Source: Parvibaculum sp.
GTDB taxonomy: Bacteria > Pseudomonadota > Alphaproteobacteria > Parvibaculales > Parvibaculaceae
Assembly: GCA_040216885.1 (NCBI GenBank)
Contig: JAVJOG010000008.1
Coordinates: 64,361 to 128,360 of the forward strand
Length of the DNA: 64,000 bases
Direction of reading: 5' to 3'
Under the pieces are notes generated by a model that saw only the letters and a program-made list of their open reading frames with translations, made no database searches and had not been told where the DNA came from. Positions 47,568 to 55,972 of the stretch are shown here, in pieces. A program made the position numbers and the translations under genes. Position 1 is the stretch's first letter, and each line of letters begins with the position of its first letter.

Positions 47568-48038
47568 TCAACCTCCAGCTGTGTGTAGCCCGGCCACAGC
47601 TGGAACATAAGAATACATTTCCATGAAACGCCATGCGGCAAAGAACAACGCTCCAGCAAACAGAAGGATATACTGCCATCGTGACGCCCTAATTCCAGCT
47701 CGTTTCTTATTTGAAAACGTGACGTTGACGTCGTCGATCATTTGCGCTGCGCGGTCCGGGTTTTGCTGAAAAAAACGAGTCTGGAGTCTCACGCGTTCAA
47801 TATTAGCAGCAAGCATCACGTCAACGTGGCGCAAGTAGATGCACCCACACCAAAAACTCAGCGCCCACATAGCCAGTGCAAGTCCGAGAAAGGCATGAGC
47901 CCCCGCAAGGGTTTGCTGATGAGTTTGCGTCAACGCAAAGGCAATCGCAGCGCCAGCACTAGCTAACAAAAAATAGGTGAACTTCAGTTGTTCAGCCTGT
48001 TGCGTTTTAATCAGATGCCGCTCTGTTTCTCCCCCCAT
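47568..48038 (-). CDS. Hypothetical 3-TM membrane protein (low-GC insert)
   Basis: 156 aa, three hydrophobic segments, AT-richer codons than the flanks. Confidence 0.65.
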   Translation of the reverse strand: MGGETERHLIKTQQAEQLKFTYFLLASAGAAIAFALTQTHQQTLAGAHAFLGLALAMWALSFWCGCIYLRHVDVMLAANIERVRLQTRFFQQNPDRAAQMIDDVNVTFSNKKRAGIRASRWQYILLFAGALFFAAWRFMEMYSYVPAVAGLHTAGG

Positions 48039-48206
48039 CGGCTATCCGCCCTTCTTTCGATCTTGAATCAGCGTTCATCCCACACAATTCAGACCGTGCC
48101 GAAAACCATTGCAACCGCAATGTTGGATGCCTTCTTCCCTTTCTCGCGTAAGTCCCTTCTTCCTTCACAACCGCTGAGCGTAGAACGAAGGCAATGCGAG
48201 CGTTGG

Positions 48207-48461
48207 TTAGCGCGTGAAGCGGGTCTTTACGCCAAGTCTTCGTTCGATGCTCTCGATCAGAGGGATGGCCACACGTTCATCCATGGGAATGTTTGGCAAC
48301 GTGCAGTGGCCACCGGTCGCAGGGTTCTTTGCATATCTGACTTTTATCGGACCGCGCGGCCCATACATCGCCTCGGAGAGGTCGATGATGGAGCACCCCA
48401 GGGTCTCCAACTCGTAGATGAGTTCCGCTAGCGTAGGGCGGACGCCAGATGGCTCAGCCAA
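48207..48461 (-). CDS. Small protein with HicA-like size and pattern
   Basis: 84 aa, TTG start after AAAGGGGGG; helix TLAELIYELETLGC, beta strands, then IESIERRLG; lacks canonical GSH. Confidence 0.5.
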   Translation of the reverse strand: MAEPSGVRPTLAELIYELETLGCSIIDLSEAMYGPRGPIKVRYAKNPATGGHCTLPNIPMDERVAIPLIESIERRLGVKTRFTR

Positions 48462-48491
48462 CGTCCCCCCTTTGACGGCCCACAGGCATGC

Positions 48492-48866
48492 TTAGGCATA
48501 CGCGGATACGTTGCCGTTTTCCGTCGAGTTTTCAAACAACCGAAGAACCGGAACGAATGGCCGAGTCTCTCCCTGCTGGGATAACGGAAGACACGTCGGC
48601 TCCAGTTGCGTTGCAGTCATGCTCATGGAAGCGTGCTCGAACATGCGCCGGTATTTCTCCGGGGCAGGGGCTATGTCGTCAAGCGGCGAGACGCCTTGGG
48701 CCAAGCCAATCATCGCGCTCGCGCAAACGGCCTCTTCAAACGCCCGACACGCATCCTTGATCGTGCGTCCTTGCGCGCAGATATCGTGCTCGATGCCCTG
48801 CACAACCCAATAGTCACCGTCGGGAAACACGACCGCGCTTATCGTCACAGAGAATTCGTCGGACAT
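48492..48866 (-). CDS. HicB-like protein (N-terminal partial RNase H fold)
   Basis: V..DGDYWVVQGIEHDICAQGRTIKDA..AFEEAV matches the HicB N-terminal pattern (QG.T..EA). Confidence 0.6.
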   Translation of the reverse strand: MSDEFSVTISAVVFPDGDYWVVQGIEHDICAQGRTIKDACRAFEEAVCASAMIGLAQGVSPLDDIAPAPEKYRRMFEHASMSMTATQLEPTCLPLSQQGETRPFVPVLRLFENSTENGNVSAYA

Positions 48867-48956
48867 TTTGCTACCCTGGGAAGCGTTCAAACCAAGCCCC
48901 CCAGTTCCCCATCCACAGCCTATAGCGCAGAGATTTAGGTCAAATTCCCTGCAGAT

Positions 48957-48995
48957 TCAATAACTTATTGATACGCGAGGAAAATCAAGCGGTTA
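48957..48995. promoter_or_regulatory. Palindrome TCAATAA-c-TTATTGA and IHF-consensus site
   Basis: 7-bp perfect IR at 48957-48971; AATCAA-gcgg-TTA at 48983-48995 fits WATCAANNNNTTR. Confidence 0.45.
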
Positions 48996-49064
48996 CAAGG
49001 TCAATTTTTGGTTCTGTTTTGAGTTCTCCGCGCCTCCGCGTGAGTCCCTTCTTCCTTTTCTTCC

Positions 49065-50360
49065 TCACAACCTTCTCACCTTCGGCTCGCCCGCCTCGCC
49101 CGACAGCATCAGCTCCGTCAGCGCCCAGACCAGCGCGTCGAGCCTGTCCGGGCTCCGCGCGCCGGGTGTCCAGTCGCACATCTGGTCTTCGAGTTTCGCG
49201 AACGCGCCGACGTGATGCACGAGGCCGCGCTCGTAAAGCGCCGCCACCGGCTCGGCGCGCAACCGCTTTCCCCGCGTCGCATGCACAAGCCGGATCGGCG
49301 CGTCGGGCATTTCCTGGCGCATCACCTGCGCGACCATTTCGCCGCCATTGTTCGCCTCGGCGACAATCCGGTCGGCCTCATGGGCGCGGTAGCAGCCGGC
49401 GACGCGCTTGGCCCAGGCGAGCGGCGAAAGCCGCCCCATCGAGCGGTCGTCGATGACGTAAGCCCGGCCGTCGGGCCCGAGCCCCGCGCAGACAATGCCG
49501 CATTCGTCGGCGCCCGCGCCGCTCGATGCCGGCGGATCGACCGCCACCACCACGCGCACGAAATCGCGCGCGTCGCGCAAGCGGCCCCGCTCGATCGTTT
49601 CGCGCGTCCACAGCGCGTCCGGGTTGTCCTCGATCAGCTCGGCGTCGAGTTCCTGCCGCCCGAGCCGCGTGCCCTCGTAGCGCGCGATCACGCTGCGGAA
49701 AAACCCGTCGGCGAGGTTGACGCGGTTCGCCGCCGTCGCCGCCCGCGTCACCGCCGTTTGCGGATCGGCGATCAGCCGCTTCAGCAGCGGCACCGGCCTT
49801 GGCGTCGTCGTCATCACCTGCCGGGGGCGTGTGCCCAGCCGCAGCCCGAATTGCAGCATGTCCCAGGCCGCTTCGGCGTGGCGCCATTTCGCCAGTTCGT
49901 CGCCCCACGCCGCATCGAACTGGGGCCCGCGCAGGCTTTCCGGTTCGCCCGCCGAAAACACATAGGCCACCGCGCCGTTCGGCCAGAGCAGCCGCTTGCG
50001 CGACACTTCATAACGCGGCCGCATGTCGGCGCGCGCCACCCCGCGCAATCCCGACGGCCCGTCGATCATCACCTCGCGCACATCCGACAGCGTCTCGCCG
50101 ACCAGCGCGATGCGGCCCGCGCGGCCGCTCTCGACCTCTTCCATCACCCATTCGGCGCCGGCCCGCGTTTTCCCGGCGCCGCGTCCGCCCAGCATCAGCC
50201 AGGTCGTCCAGCCGCCTTCCGGCGCAAGCTGGTCCGCGCGCGCCCAGAAGCGCCAGCACGCTTCAAGCGTCCGCGCCTCGCGCGGCGTCAGCTTCTGCGT
50301 GAAGCCGGTCCTGATCGGCGGCGGCAAAGCAGCGAGCGAAGCGATCCCGAAGTCCGGCAT
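49065..50360 (-). CDS. GTA terminase large subunit
   Basis: WARADQLAP, Walker A GGRGAGKT, Walker B AAWGDE, VAVDPP, SPDRLDALVWA; start uncertain (50360 or 50411). Confidence 0.95.
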   Translation of the reverse strand: MPDFGIASLAALPPPIRTGFTQKLTPREARTLEACWRFWARADQLAPEGGWTTWLMLGGRGAGKTRAGAEWVMEEVESGRAGRIALVGETLSDVREVMIDGPSGLRGVARADMRPRYEVSRKRLLWPNGAVAYVFSAGEPESLRGPQFDAAWGDELAKWRHAEAAWDMLQFGLRLGTRPRQVMTTTPRPVPLLKRLIADPQTAVTRAATAANRVNLADGFFRSVIARYEGTRLGRQELDAELIEDNPDALWTRETIERGRLRDARDFVRVVVAVDPPASSGAGADECGIVCAGLGPDGRAYVIDDRSMGRLSPLAWAKRVAGCYRAHEADRIVAEANNGGEMVAQVMRQEMPDAPIRLVHATRGKRLRAEPVAALYERGLVHHVGAFAKLEDQMCDWTPGARSPDRLDALVWALTELMLSGEAGEPKVRRL

Positions 50361-50877
50361 AGATTCGCTCGTCTTCGTCGCGCCGCTTTTTTCTGTCGCT
50401 GTCGGGGTCATTCTTTTTCGCCTGCCGCGCCGCCTGTTCGATTTCGTGAAGCTTGTCGATCGAGCGCACCAGCGAGGCCAGCCGCCGCGCCTGCCGCTCG
50501 CCTTCCGCGTCGTCGCGCGTCGTCCGCCGCTGTCCCTCGACATCGGCGATTTCGCGGGCGATCAATTTGGTCAGCCGCGTTGCCAGCGCCTCGGCATCCT
50601 CGGGCAATTCGCCGCCGGTTTTCGGCGGCGGGGCTTCCGCGGCCTCGGCGCGTTTCGGCCAGTTTTCATGCAGGGCGCGCGCCGTGATCTTCTGCCAGTG
50701 AATGCCGTGTTCCAGCGCAATCGCCGGCAATTCGCGCGCACCGATTTCATAGTCGGCGCGAATGCGGTCCCAATCGATGCCCGCATCGTCCGCCTTGCGC
50801 GCGGGCAGCTTCGCCGCCGCAGCCTTCTTCACACGCGGCTTCGCCGCCGCGGTGCTCACCTTCCGCTTCGTCGCCAT
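50263..50877 (-). CDS. Putative terminase small subunit
   Basis: Directly upstream of and overlapping terL; IDWDRIRADYEIG..L.AIA.EHGI....I..RA...NW HTH-like segment followed by coiled-coil helices. Confidence 0.65.
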   Translation of the reverse strand: MATKRKVSTAAAKPRVKKAAAAKLPARKADDAGIDWDRIRADYEIGARELPAIALEHGIHWQKITARALHENWPKRAEAAEAPPPKTGGELPEDAEALATRLTKLIAREIADVEGQRRTTRDDAEGERQARRLASLVRSIDKLHEIEQAARQAKKNDPDSDRKKRRDEDERIYAGLRDRFARCFAAADQDRLHAEADAARGADA

Positions 50878-51055
50878 GTTCTGTCCGGGTACAATTCTGG
50901 AGATGGACTGTAAGTGGGGTTCGAGCGCAACGCTGACAACTGGGGATATCTTTTGAGGCGCGAAAAAATGCGGGTGGAGCGGTTGTCGCGCCACCAAATC
51001 CGCCCATCCCCGCCCCGACTCGGCTATGCTCCCCCCGCATCACCCCGGAGCCCCC

Positions 51056-51526
51056 ATGCTGCGCCGCCTTGTCCTTTCGCTTCGCTACACCTTCCGCAGC
51101 CATACGCCGCGCGCACCGCAGCGGCAGGTCGGCGTCATTCCCTATGCGGTGGTCGACGGTCAGGTCGCGGTGCTGCTCGTCACCTCGCGGCGCACCGGGC
51201 GCTGGATCTTTCCCAAGGGCGGGCTGATTGACGGGCTGACACCGGCGGAGGCCGCCGCGCGCGAGGCCTTCGAGGAGGCGGGTGTCGAAGGCGAAATCGA
51301 AGCCGAGCCGCTCGGCGCCTACCGCAGTTTCAAGCGGCGGGGCCTCAGGCCGTTGCAAATCGAGGTCGATCTCTATCCCTTGCGCGTCGCGACGCAGCAC
51401 GAAGACTGGCCCGAGAAAAAACAGCGGCGCCGCCACTGGGCGACCGTCGTGGAAGCGCGCAAACTTTTGTCCGAGCCGGGCATCGCCAGCCTCGCCACGA
51501 TGCTGCGCCAGCGCATCCAGGCCTAG
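51056..51526 (+). CDS. NUDIX hydrolase (DIPP/Nudt4-like bacterial group)
   Basis: VLLVTSRRTGRWIFPKG, Nudix box AAAREAFEEAG, WPE..RRRHW. Confidence 0.9.
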   Translation: MLRRLVLSLRYTFRSHTPRAPQRQVGVIPYAVVDGQVAVLLVTSRRTGRWIFPKGGLIDGLTPAEAAAREAFEEAGVEGEIEAEPLGAYRSFKRRGLRPLQIEVDLYPLRVATQHEDWPEKKQRRRHWATVVEARKLLSEPGIASLATMLRQRIQA

Positions 51527-51528
51527 CG

Positions 51529-53043
51529 TCAGGTCAGGAAAATCTTCAGCGTCACGTAAATGCCGGCCGCCAGCCCGCCGGCCGCCGGCACGGTGATGAC
51601 CCAGGCAGCCGCGATGGTCAGCACATGGCGGCGGCGCACCAGTTTGCGCGTCTCGCGCTTCGACTGGCGGCGGATCGCCTCTTCCGGCGTCTTGTTCAGC
51701 GTGTCGGGATCGCCGGCGCGTACCTTTCTGGGTTTCACGCCGTCGGCACTCAATCCTCGATTGGCCAGAACCTCGCGCAGGAAGCCGACCCCGAAGACGC
51801 CGCCGATCGCGATATGGGTAGACGATACCGGCAGGCCCATCGCGGACGCGATCAGCACCGTGATCGCGGCGGCGAGCGCAACGCAGAAGGCGCGCACCGC
51901 GTCCATCTTGGTGATCTTCTCGCCCACCGTGCGGATGAGGCGCGGGCCGAACAGCGCAAGACCGAGCGAAATGCCCATCGCGCCGATCAGCAGCACCCAA
52001 AGCGGCAGCGCCACCTTGTCGGGTGCGGCCTGGCCGGTTTCGGCGGCGGCGACGATGGCCGCCAGCGGGCCCACCGCATTCGCCACATCGTTGGCGCCAT
52101 GCGCGAACGACAGCAGCGCGGCGGCGAAGATCAACGGCAGCGTGAAGAGCTTCGCCACATGCTTGCGGCGGTTTTCGATTGTCGCCGCGCGGCGCGCGAC
52201 CCAGGGCCGCGTCAGCCACCAGCCGGCCGCGAAACCCGCCGCGCCCAGCGCCCAGACCGTCAGGGCGTCGGGCTTCCAGACGCGCGAGAAGCCCTTCAGC
52301 GACAGATACATCGCGAAGGTGCCGGCCATCAGGCCGATCATCACCGGCACCCAGCGCTTGGCCGCCTCGATGCGGTCTTCGTCGCGAAAGAGCACCGTCC
52401 ATTTGACGAAGCCGAGAAGGGCCGCCGCAATGATGCCGCCCATCAGCGGCGAGATCACCCAGCTCGCGGCGATCGCGCTCATCATCGACCAGTTGATCGC
52501 GGCCATGCCGGCCGCCGCGACGCCGGCGCCCAGCACGCCGCCGACGATCGAATGCGTCGTCGAGACGGGCGCGTTGAGGAACGTCGCGAGATGGATCCAG
52601 AGCGCGGCGGCAAGGAACGACGCCATCATCAACAGCACGAAGTCGAGCACCGCAAGCGATTCCGACGGCTGGACGATGTTGCGCGAGATCGTGTTGACGA
52701 CATCGCCGCCGGCCAGGATCGCACCCGCCGCCTCGCAGATCGCCGCGATGACGAGCGCCGCACCGAGCGGCAGCGCGCGGCTGCCGACCGCCGGTCCCAT
52801 ATTGTTGGCGACATCGTTGGCACCGATATTGAGCGCCATGTAAGCGGCGATCACGCCGCCCGCGATCACGAAAACGCTCAAGGGGCCGACCGGCGCGAGG
52901 CCGGCCATGAAAAGCAGGACCGCGAGCAGGAAAATAATCGCAAGACCCGGCGCGGCGATCGAGCGCGACAGTTCGTAGGTCGCCTCTTCGAGACGGACGA
53001 CCTTTTTCAGATCCTTGTCGAGTGCGCTCTTCGGCAAAGCCAT
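51529..53043 (-). CDS. pit: Inorganic phosphate transporter (PiT family)
   Basis: Two GANDVAN signature motifs, PVSTTH and PVSSTH, many TM segments. Confidence 0.94.
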   Translation of the reverse strand: MALPKSALDKDLKKVVRLEEATYELSRSIAAPGLAIIFLLAVLLFMAGLAPVGPLSVFVIAGGVIAAYMALNIGANDVANNMGPAVGSRALPLGAALVIAAICEAAGAILAGGDVVNTISRNIVQPSESLAVLDFVLLMMASFLAAALWIHLATFLNAPVSTTHSIVGGVLGAGVAAAGMAAINWSMMSAIAASWVISPLMGGIIAAALLGFVKWTVLFRDEDRIEAAKRWVPVMIGLMAGTFAMYLSLKGFSRVWKPDALTVWALGAAGFAAGWWLTRPWVARRAATIENRRKHVAKLFTLPLIFAAALLSFAHGANDVANAVGPLAAIVAAAETGQAAPDKVALPLWVLLIGAMGISLGLALFGPRLIRTVGEKITKMDAVRAFCVALAAAITVLIASAMGLPVSSTHIAIGGVFGVGFLREVLANRGLSADGVKPRKVRAGDPDTLNKTPEEAIRRQSKRETRKLVRRRHVLTIAAAWVITVPAAGGLAAGIYVTLKIFLT

Positions 53044-53123
53044 CCCCGAATCGTCAGCGGCCACCCCCCGCGGACCGGCCGGGGAGAGCACTTAGCATTT
53101 CGGGCGGAGCCCGGCTAGGGTTT

Positions 53124-53152
53124 GTGACAGTTTTTTGACAGTTCGATGACAG
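53124..53152 (-). promoter_or_regulatory. Triple Pho box (PhoB site)
   Basis: Minus strand CTGTCAT-cgaa-CTGTCAA-aaaa-CTGTCAC with 11-bp period, upstream of pit. Confidence 0.85.
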
Positions 53153-53179
53153 TCGGGGGTCCGGGCGGCCCTTGGGGGC

Positions 53180-53641
53180 TCATTCGGGCGGCATCAGCGG
53201 CCAGTCGACGATCCGCATTTCGAGGTCTTCCATGTCGGCCTCGTCCTCATAGAGAAACCGTCCGTGAACGGACATTCCGGCAAAGCGCACCGTCTCGAAC
53301 TCGCCCGAAACCAGCGGATGCCACCACGGCAGATCCTTGCCTTCCTTCAACAGCCGGTAGGCGCAGGACGGCGGCATCCAGTCGATGTCCTCGAGGTTCT
53401 TCGGCGTCAGCGTCACGCAATCGGGAACCAGTGTCGAACGGTTCGGGTAGTCCGAGCAGCGGCAGGTCTCGGCGTCGAGCAGGCGGCAGGCGATATCGGT
53501 ATATTCGAGAACCCCTGTGTCCTCGTCCTGAAGCTTGGTCAGGCAGCACTTCGCGCAGCCGTCGCAAAGGCTCTCCCACTCCTCGCGGGTCATTTCGTCG
53601 AGGCGCTTCACGCGCCAGAAGGGTTCGCCGGTGCCGGTCAT
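53180..53641 (-). CDS. YcgN/UPF0260 cysteine-cluster protein
   Basis: EWESLCDGCAKCC, ACRLLD, C..Y..R..VPDC, WMPPSCAYR. Confidence 0.92.
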   Translation of the reverse strand: MTGTGEPFWRVKRLDEMTREEWESLCDGCAKCCLTKLQDEDTGVLEYTDIACRLLDAETCRCSDYPNRSTLVPDCVTLTPKNLEDIDWMPPSCAYRLLKEGKDLPWWHPLVSGEFETVRFAGMSVHGRFLYEDEADMEDLEMRIVDWPLMPPE

Positions 53642-53846
53642 TCCGGCACAGAAGCGCGCGCCGCCCGCGCCGTCAAGCGGTTCCGGAAAATCGCGGAATG
53701 CCTGCCATTGCTTCGCCGCGAAGCCGCCCCAATCCTCACACAAAGTTAATCCAGTCTCGTTTCGGTGCAGTCCAGGGTGGCACGAGGCTCGCATGGAATC
53801 CCTGCCCGGTTCACGCCGGAAATGTAGCTATCGAGGCAATTGACCC

Positions 53847-55907
53847 GTGTCGCAGGACGACGACGACCCCTATCCGATGCGTGCGCAGCAGCGCCGCGTG
53901 CCGGCGCACGACCTGCCGGAACCGCCCGATCCGGCGGAGGACGAACGGGTGCGCGCGACGCGCCGTTTCCGTCCGGGTTTCCTCGCCGCTGTTTCCTTCG
54001 TCCTCACAGCTTTCATCATCTGCGTCTTCCTGCTCGTCTCGCAAACGCTGCCCAACCTGCAACGCGCGATCGATGCCGGGCCCGACGAGAGCCTCATGCT
54101 GACCGTGCTTGACGCGGAAGGAAACGAGATCGGCACCCGCGGCAAGCGCACAGCGCCCACGGTGCCGCTCGGTGAAATGCCGCCCTATCTCATCATGGCC
54201 GTGCTCGCGACCGAGGACCGCCGCTTCTACGAGCATAACGGTTTCGACCCGCGCGGCATCGCGCGCGCCATGTGGTCCAATCTCAAGGCGTTCGATTTCG
54301 TCGAGGGCGGATCGACGATCACGCAGCAGGTCGCCAACAACCTCTATCTCGACAACAGCCGAACGGTCTTGCGCAAGGCGCAGGAAGCGTTGATCACGCT
54401 CTGGCTCGAAAACAATCTGTCCAAGGACGAAATCCTGACGCTCTATCTCAATCGCATCTATATGGGCGCCGGGAATTACGGCATGGATGCGGCCGCCCGC
54501 TATTACTTCGGCAAGTCGGTGCGCGATGTCTCGCTGCCGGAAGCGGCGATTCTCGCCGGGCTGCCGAAGGCGCCGAGCCGCTTCTCGCCTAGTAACGATC
54601 TCGAACGGGCCCGCGCCCGCGCGGGCCAGGTGCTCGACCGGCTGGTCTCCTCCGGCACACTCACCGCGCAGGAAGTCGCCGGCGCGCGCGCCAACCCGGC
54701 CGATGTCGTGGTTCGCGCCCGCGCCGAAGGCCAGGAATATTTCGTCGACTGGGTCGCGGGCCAGATCGCCGCCGCGATGCCGGGCACGACCGGACGCTAC
54801 ACCGTTCGCACGACGCTCGATCCACGCCGCCAGAAGGCGGCCACCGCCGCCATCGAAAAGGCGCTCGCCGATGCCGGCGCCGCGCATAATGTGTCGCAGG
54901 GTGCGCTCGTCGCGCTCGGGCCCGACGGCGCCGTGCGCGCGATGGTCGGCGGCAAATCCCATCTCGAAAGCCAGTTCAATCGCGCGGCGCAAGCGCTGCG
55001 ACAGCCGGGCTCCGCCTTCAAACCCATCGTCTATCTCGCCGCGCTCGAAGCGGGGTACACGCCAGACAGTCCGATCACGGACGAACCGGTATCGATGGGC
55101 GGCTGGATGCCGCGCAACGCGGCGGCGCGGGACTGGGGCACGGTCAGCCTCGCCACGGCGCTCGCGCATTCGATCAACACCATTGCCGTGCAGATCGGCA
55201 ACAAGGTCGGCCTCGACAGGATCGGTGCGGTTGCGCGCCGTCTCGGGCTGGAACGGCCGCTGCCGCGCAACCTTTCCGTCGTGCTGGGCAGTTCCGAGGT
55301 GACGCTGCTGGAACTGACATCGGCCTATTCGGTGTTCGGCAATGAAGGCCGCCGCTCGGCGCCTTACGGCATTGCCGAGATCGTCGCGGAGAACGGCGAT
55401 AAGATTTTCACGCACACGCCTGAAACCGTTCAGGCGGCCAAGCCCGAGCATGCCCACGACATGACCTACATGCTCTACAACGCGATGACCGAAGGCACCG
55501 GCCGCGCCGCACAGATCGGCGGCCGGCTCGCCGCCGGCAAAACCGGCACCAGCCAGGACAATCGCGATGCGTGGTTCATCGGCTATACGGGCAACGAGAC
55601 GGCCGGGGTCTGGTTCGGCAACGACGACAACTCGCCGACCGACGGTGCCGCCGGCGGCAATGTCGCGGCGAGCGCCTGGCAGACCTATATGAGCGTCGCA
55701 CAAGCGGGTCAGGCGCCGGCGCCGCTGCCCGGTGCCGTGCGCTACCGCGACGCGACGATCCGGACCGCTGTCAGCGCGCCGTCGGGTTTCTTCGCCGAGC
55801 TCAGCGATCTCTTCTCGGCGGCGCCGAAGCTCGAAGGCCGTTCGGCCAGTTGGGGACAGGGCTTCCGGCGCGGCGGCGAAACGCTCGGCGGACCCGGCAA
55901 GCGCTGA
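53847..55907 (+). CDS. Class A penicillin-binding protein (PBP1A family)
   Basis: EDRRFYEHNG, GGSTITQQ, RKAQE; transpeptidase SAFK, SIN, KTGT. Confidence 0.95.
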   Translation: MSQDDDDPYPMRAQQRRVPAHDLPEPPDPAEDERVRATRRFRPGFLAAVSFVLTAFIICVFLLVSQTLPNLQRAIDAGPDESLMLTVLDAEGNEIGTRGKRTAPTVPLGEMPPYLIMAVLATEDRRFYEHNGFDPRGIARAMWSNLKAFDFVEGGSTITQQVANNLYLDNSRTVLRKAQEALITLWLENNLSKDEILTLYLNRIYMGAGNYGMDAAARYYFGKSVRDVSLPEAAILAGLPKAPSRFSPSNDLERARARAGQVLDRLVSSGTLTAQEVAGARANPADVVVRARAEGQEYFVDWVAGQIAAAMPGTTGRYTVRTTLDPRRQKAATAAIEKALADAGAAHNVSQGALVALGPDGAVRAMVGGKSHLESQFNRAAQALRQPGSAFKPIVYLAALEAGYTPDSPITDEPVSMGGWMPRNAAARDWGTVSLATALAHSINTIAVQIGNKVGLDRIGAVARRLGLERPLPRNLSVVLGSSEVTLLELTSAYSVFGNEGRRSAPYGIAEIVAENGDKIFTHTPETVQAAKPEHAHDMTYMLYNAMTEGTGRAAQIGGRLAAGKTGTSQDNRDAWFIGYTGNETAGVWFGNDDNSPTDGAAGGNVAASAWQTYMSVAQAGQAPAPLPGAVRYRDATIRTAVSAPSGFFAELSDLFSAAPKLEGRSASWGQGFRRGGETLGGPGKR

Positions 55908-55972
55908 GTTTGCGTCCCGCCGCCCGATGCGCCATACAGGCGCATCGCCTCAGACATGCAGAGATTTCCAGA

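Larger units (their letters stand above)
33401..50877 (-). mobile_element. RcGTA-like gene transfer agent structural cluster (terS to megatron plus distal lysis-like genes)
   Basis: Canonical order terminase-portal-protease-capsid-adaptor-stopper-terminator-tube-chaperones-short TMP-DUF2460-DUF2163-NlpC/P60-megatron; host-like GC; no integrase, repressor or replication genes. Confidence 0.92.

Noticed and set aside
49011-49026. Second possible LexA box GTTC..GTTC
   Set aside because: Spacer is 8 nt, not 7
50386-50392. A_AAA_AAG slippery heptamer in the terS frame, suggesting a TerS-TerL fusion
   Set aside because: terL is in the +1 frame; a -1 shift enters the third frame and soon reaches TGA
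33401-50877. Prophage interpretation
   Set aside because: No integrase, repressor, replication genes or att repeats; gene set and short tape measure match RcGTA-like elements
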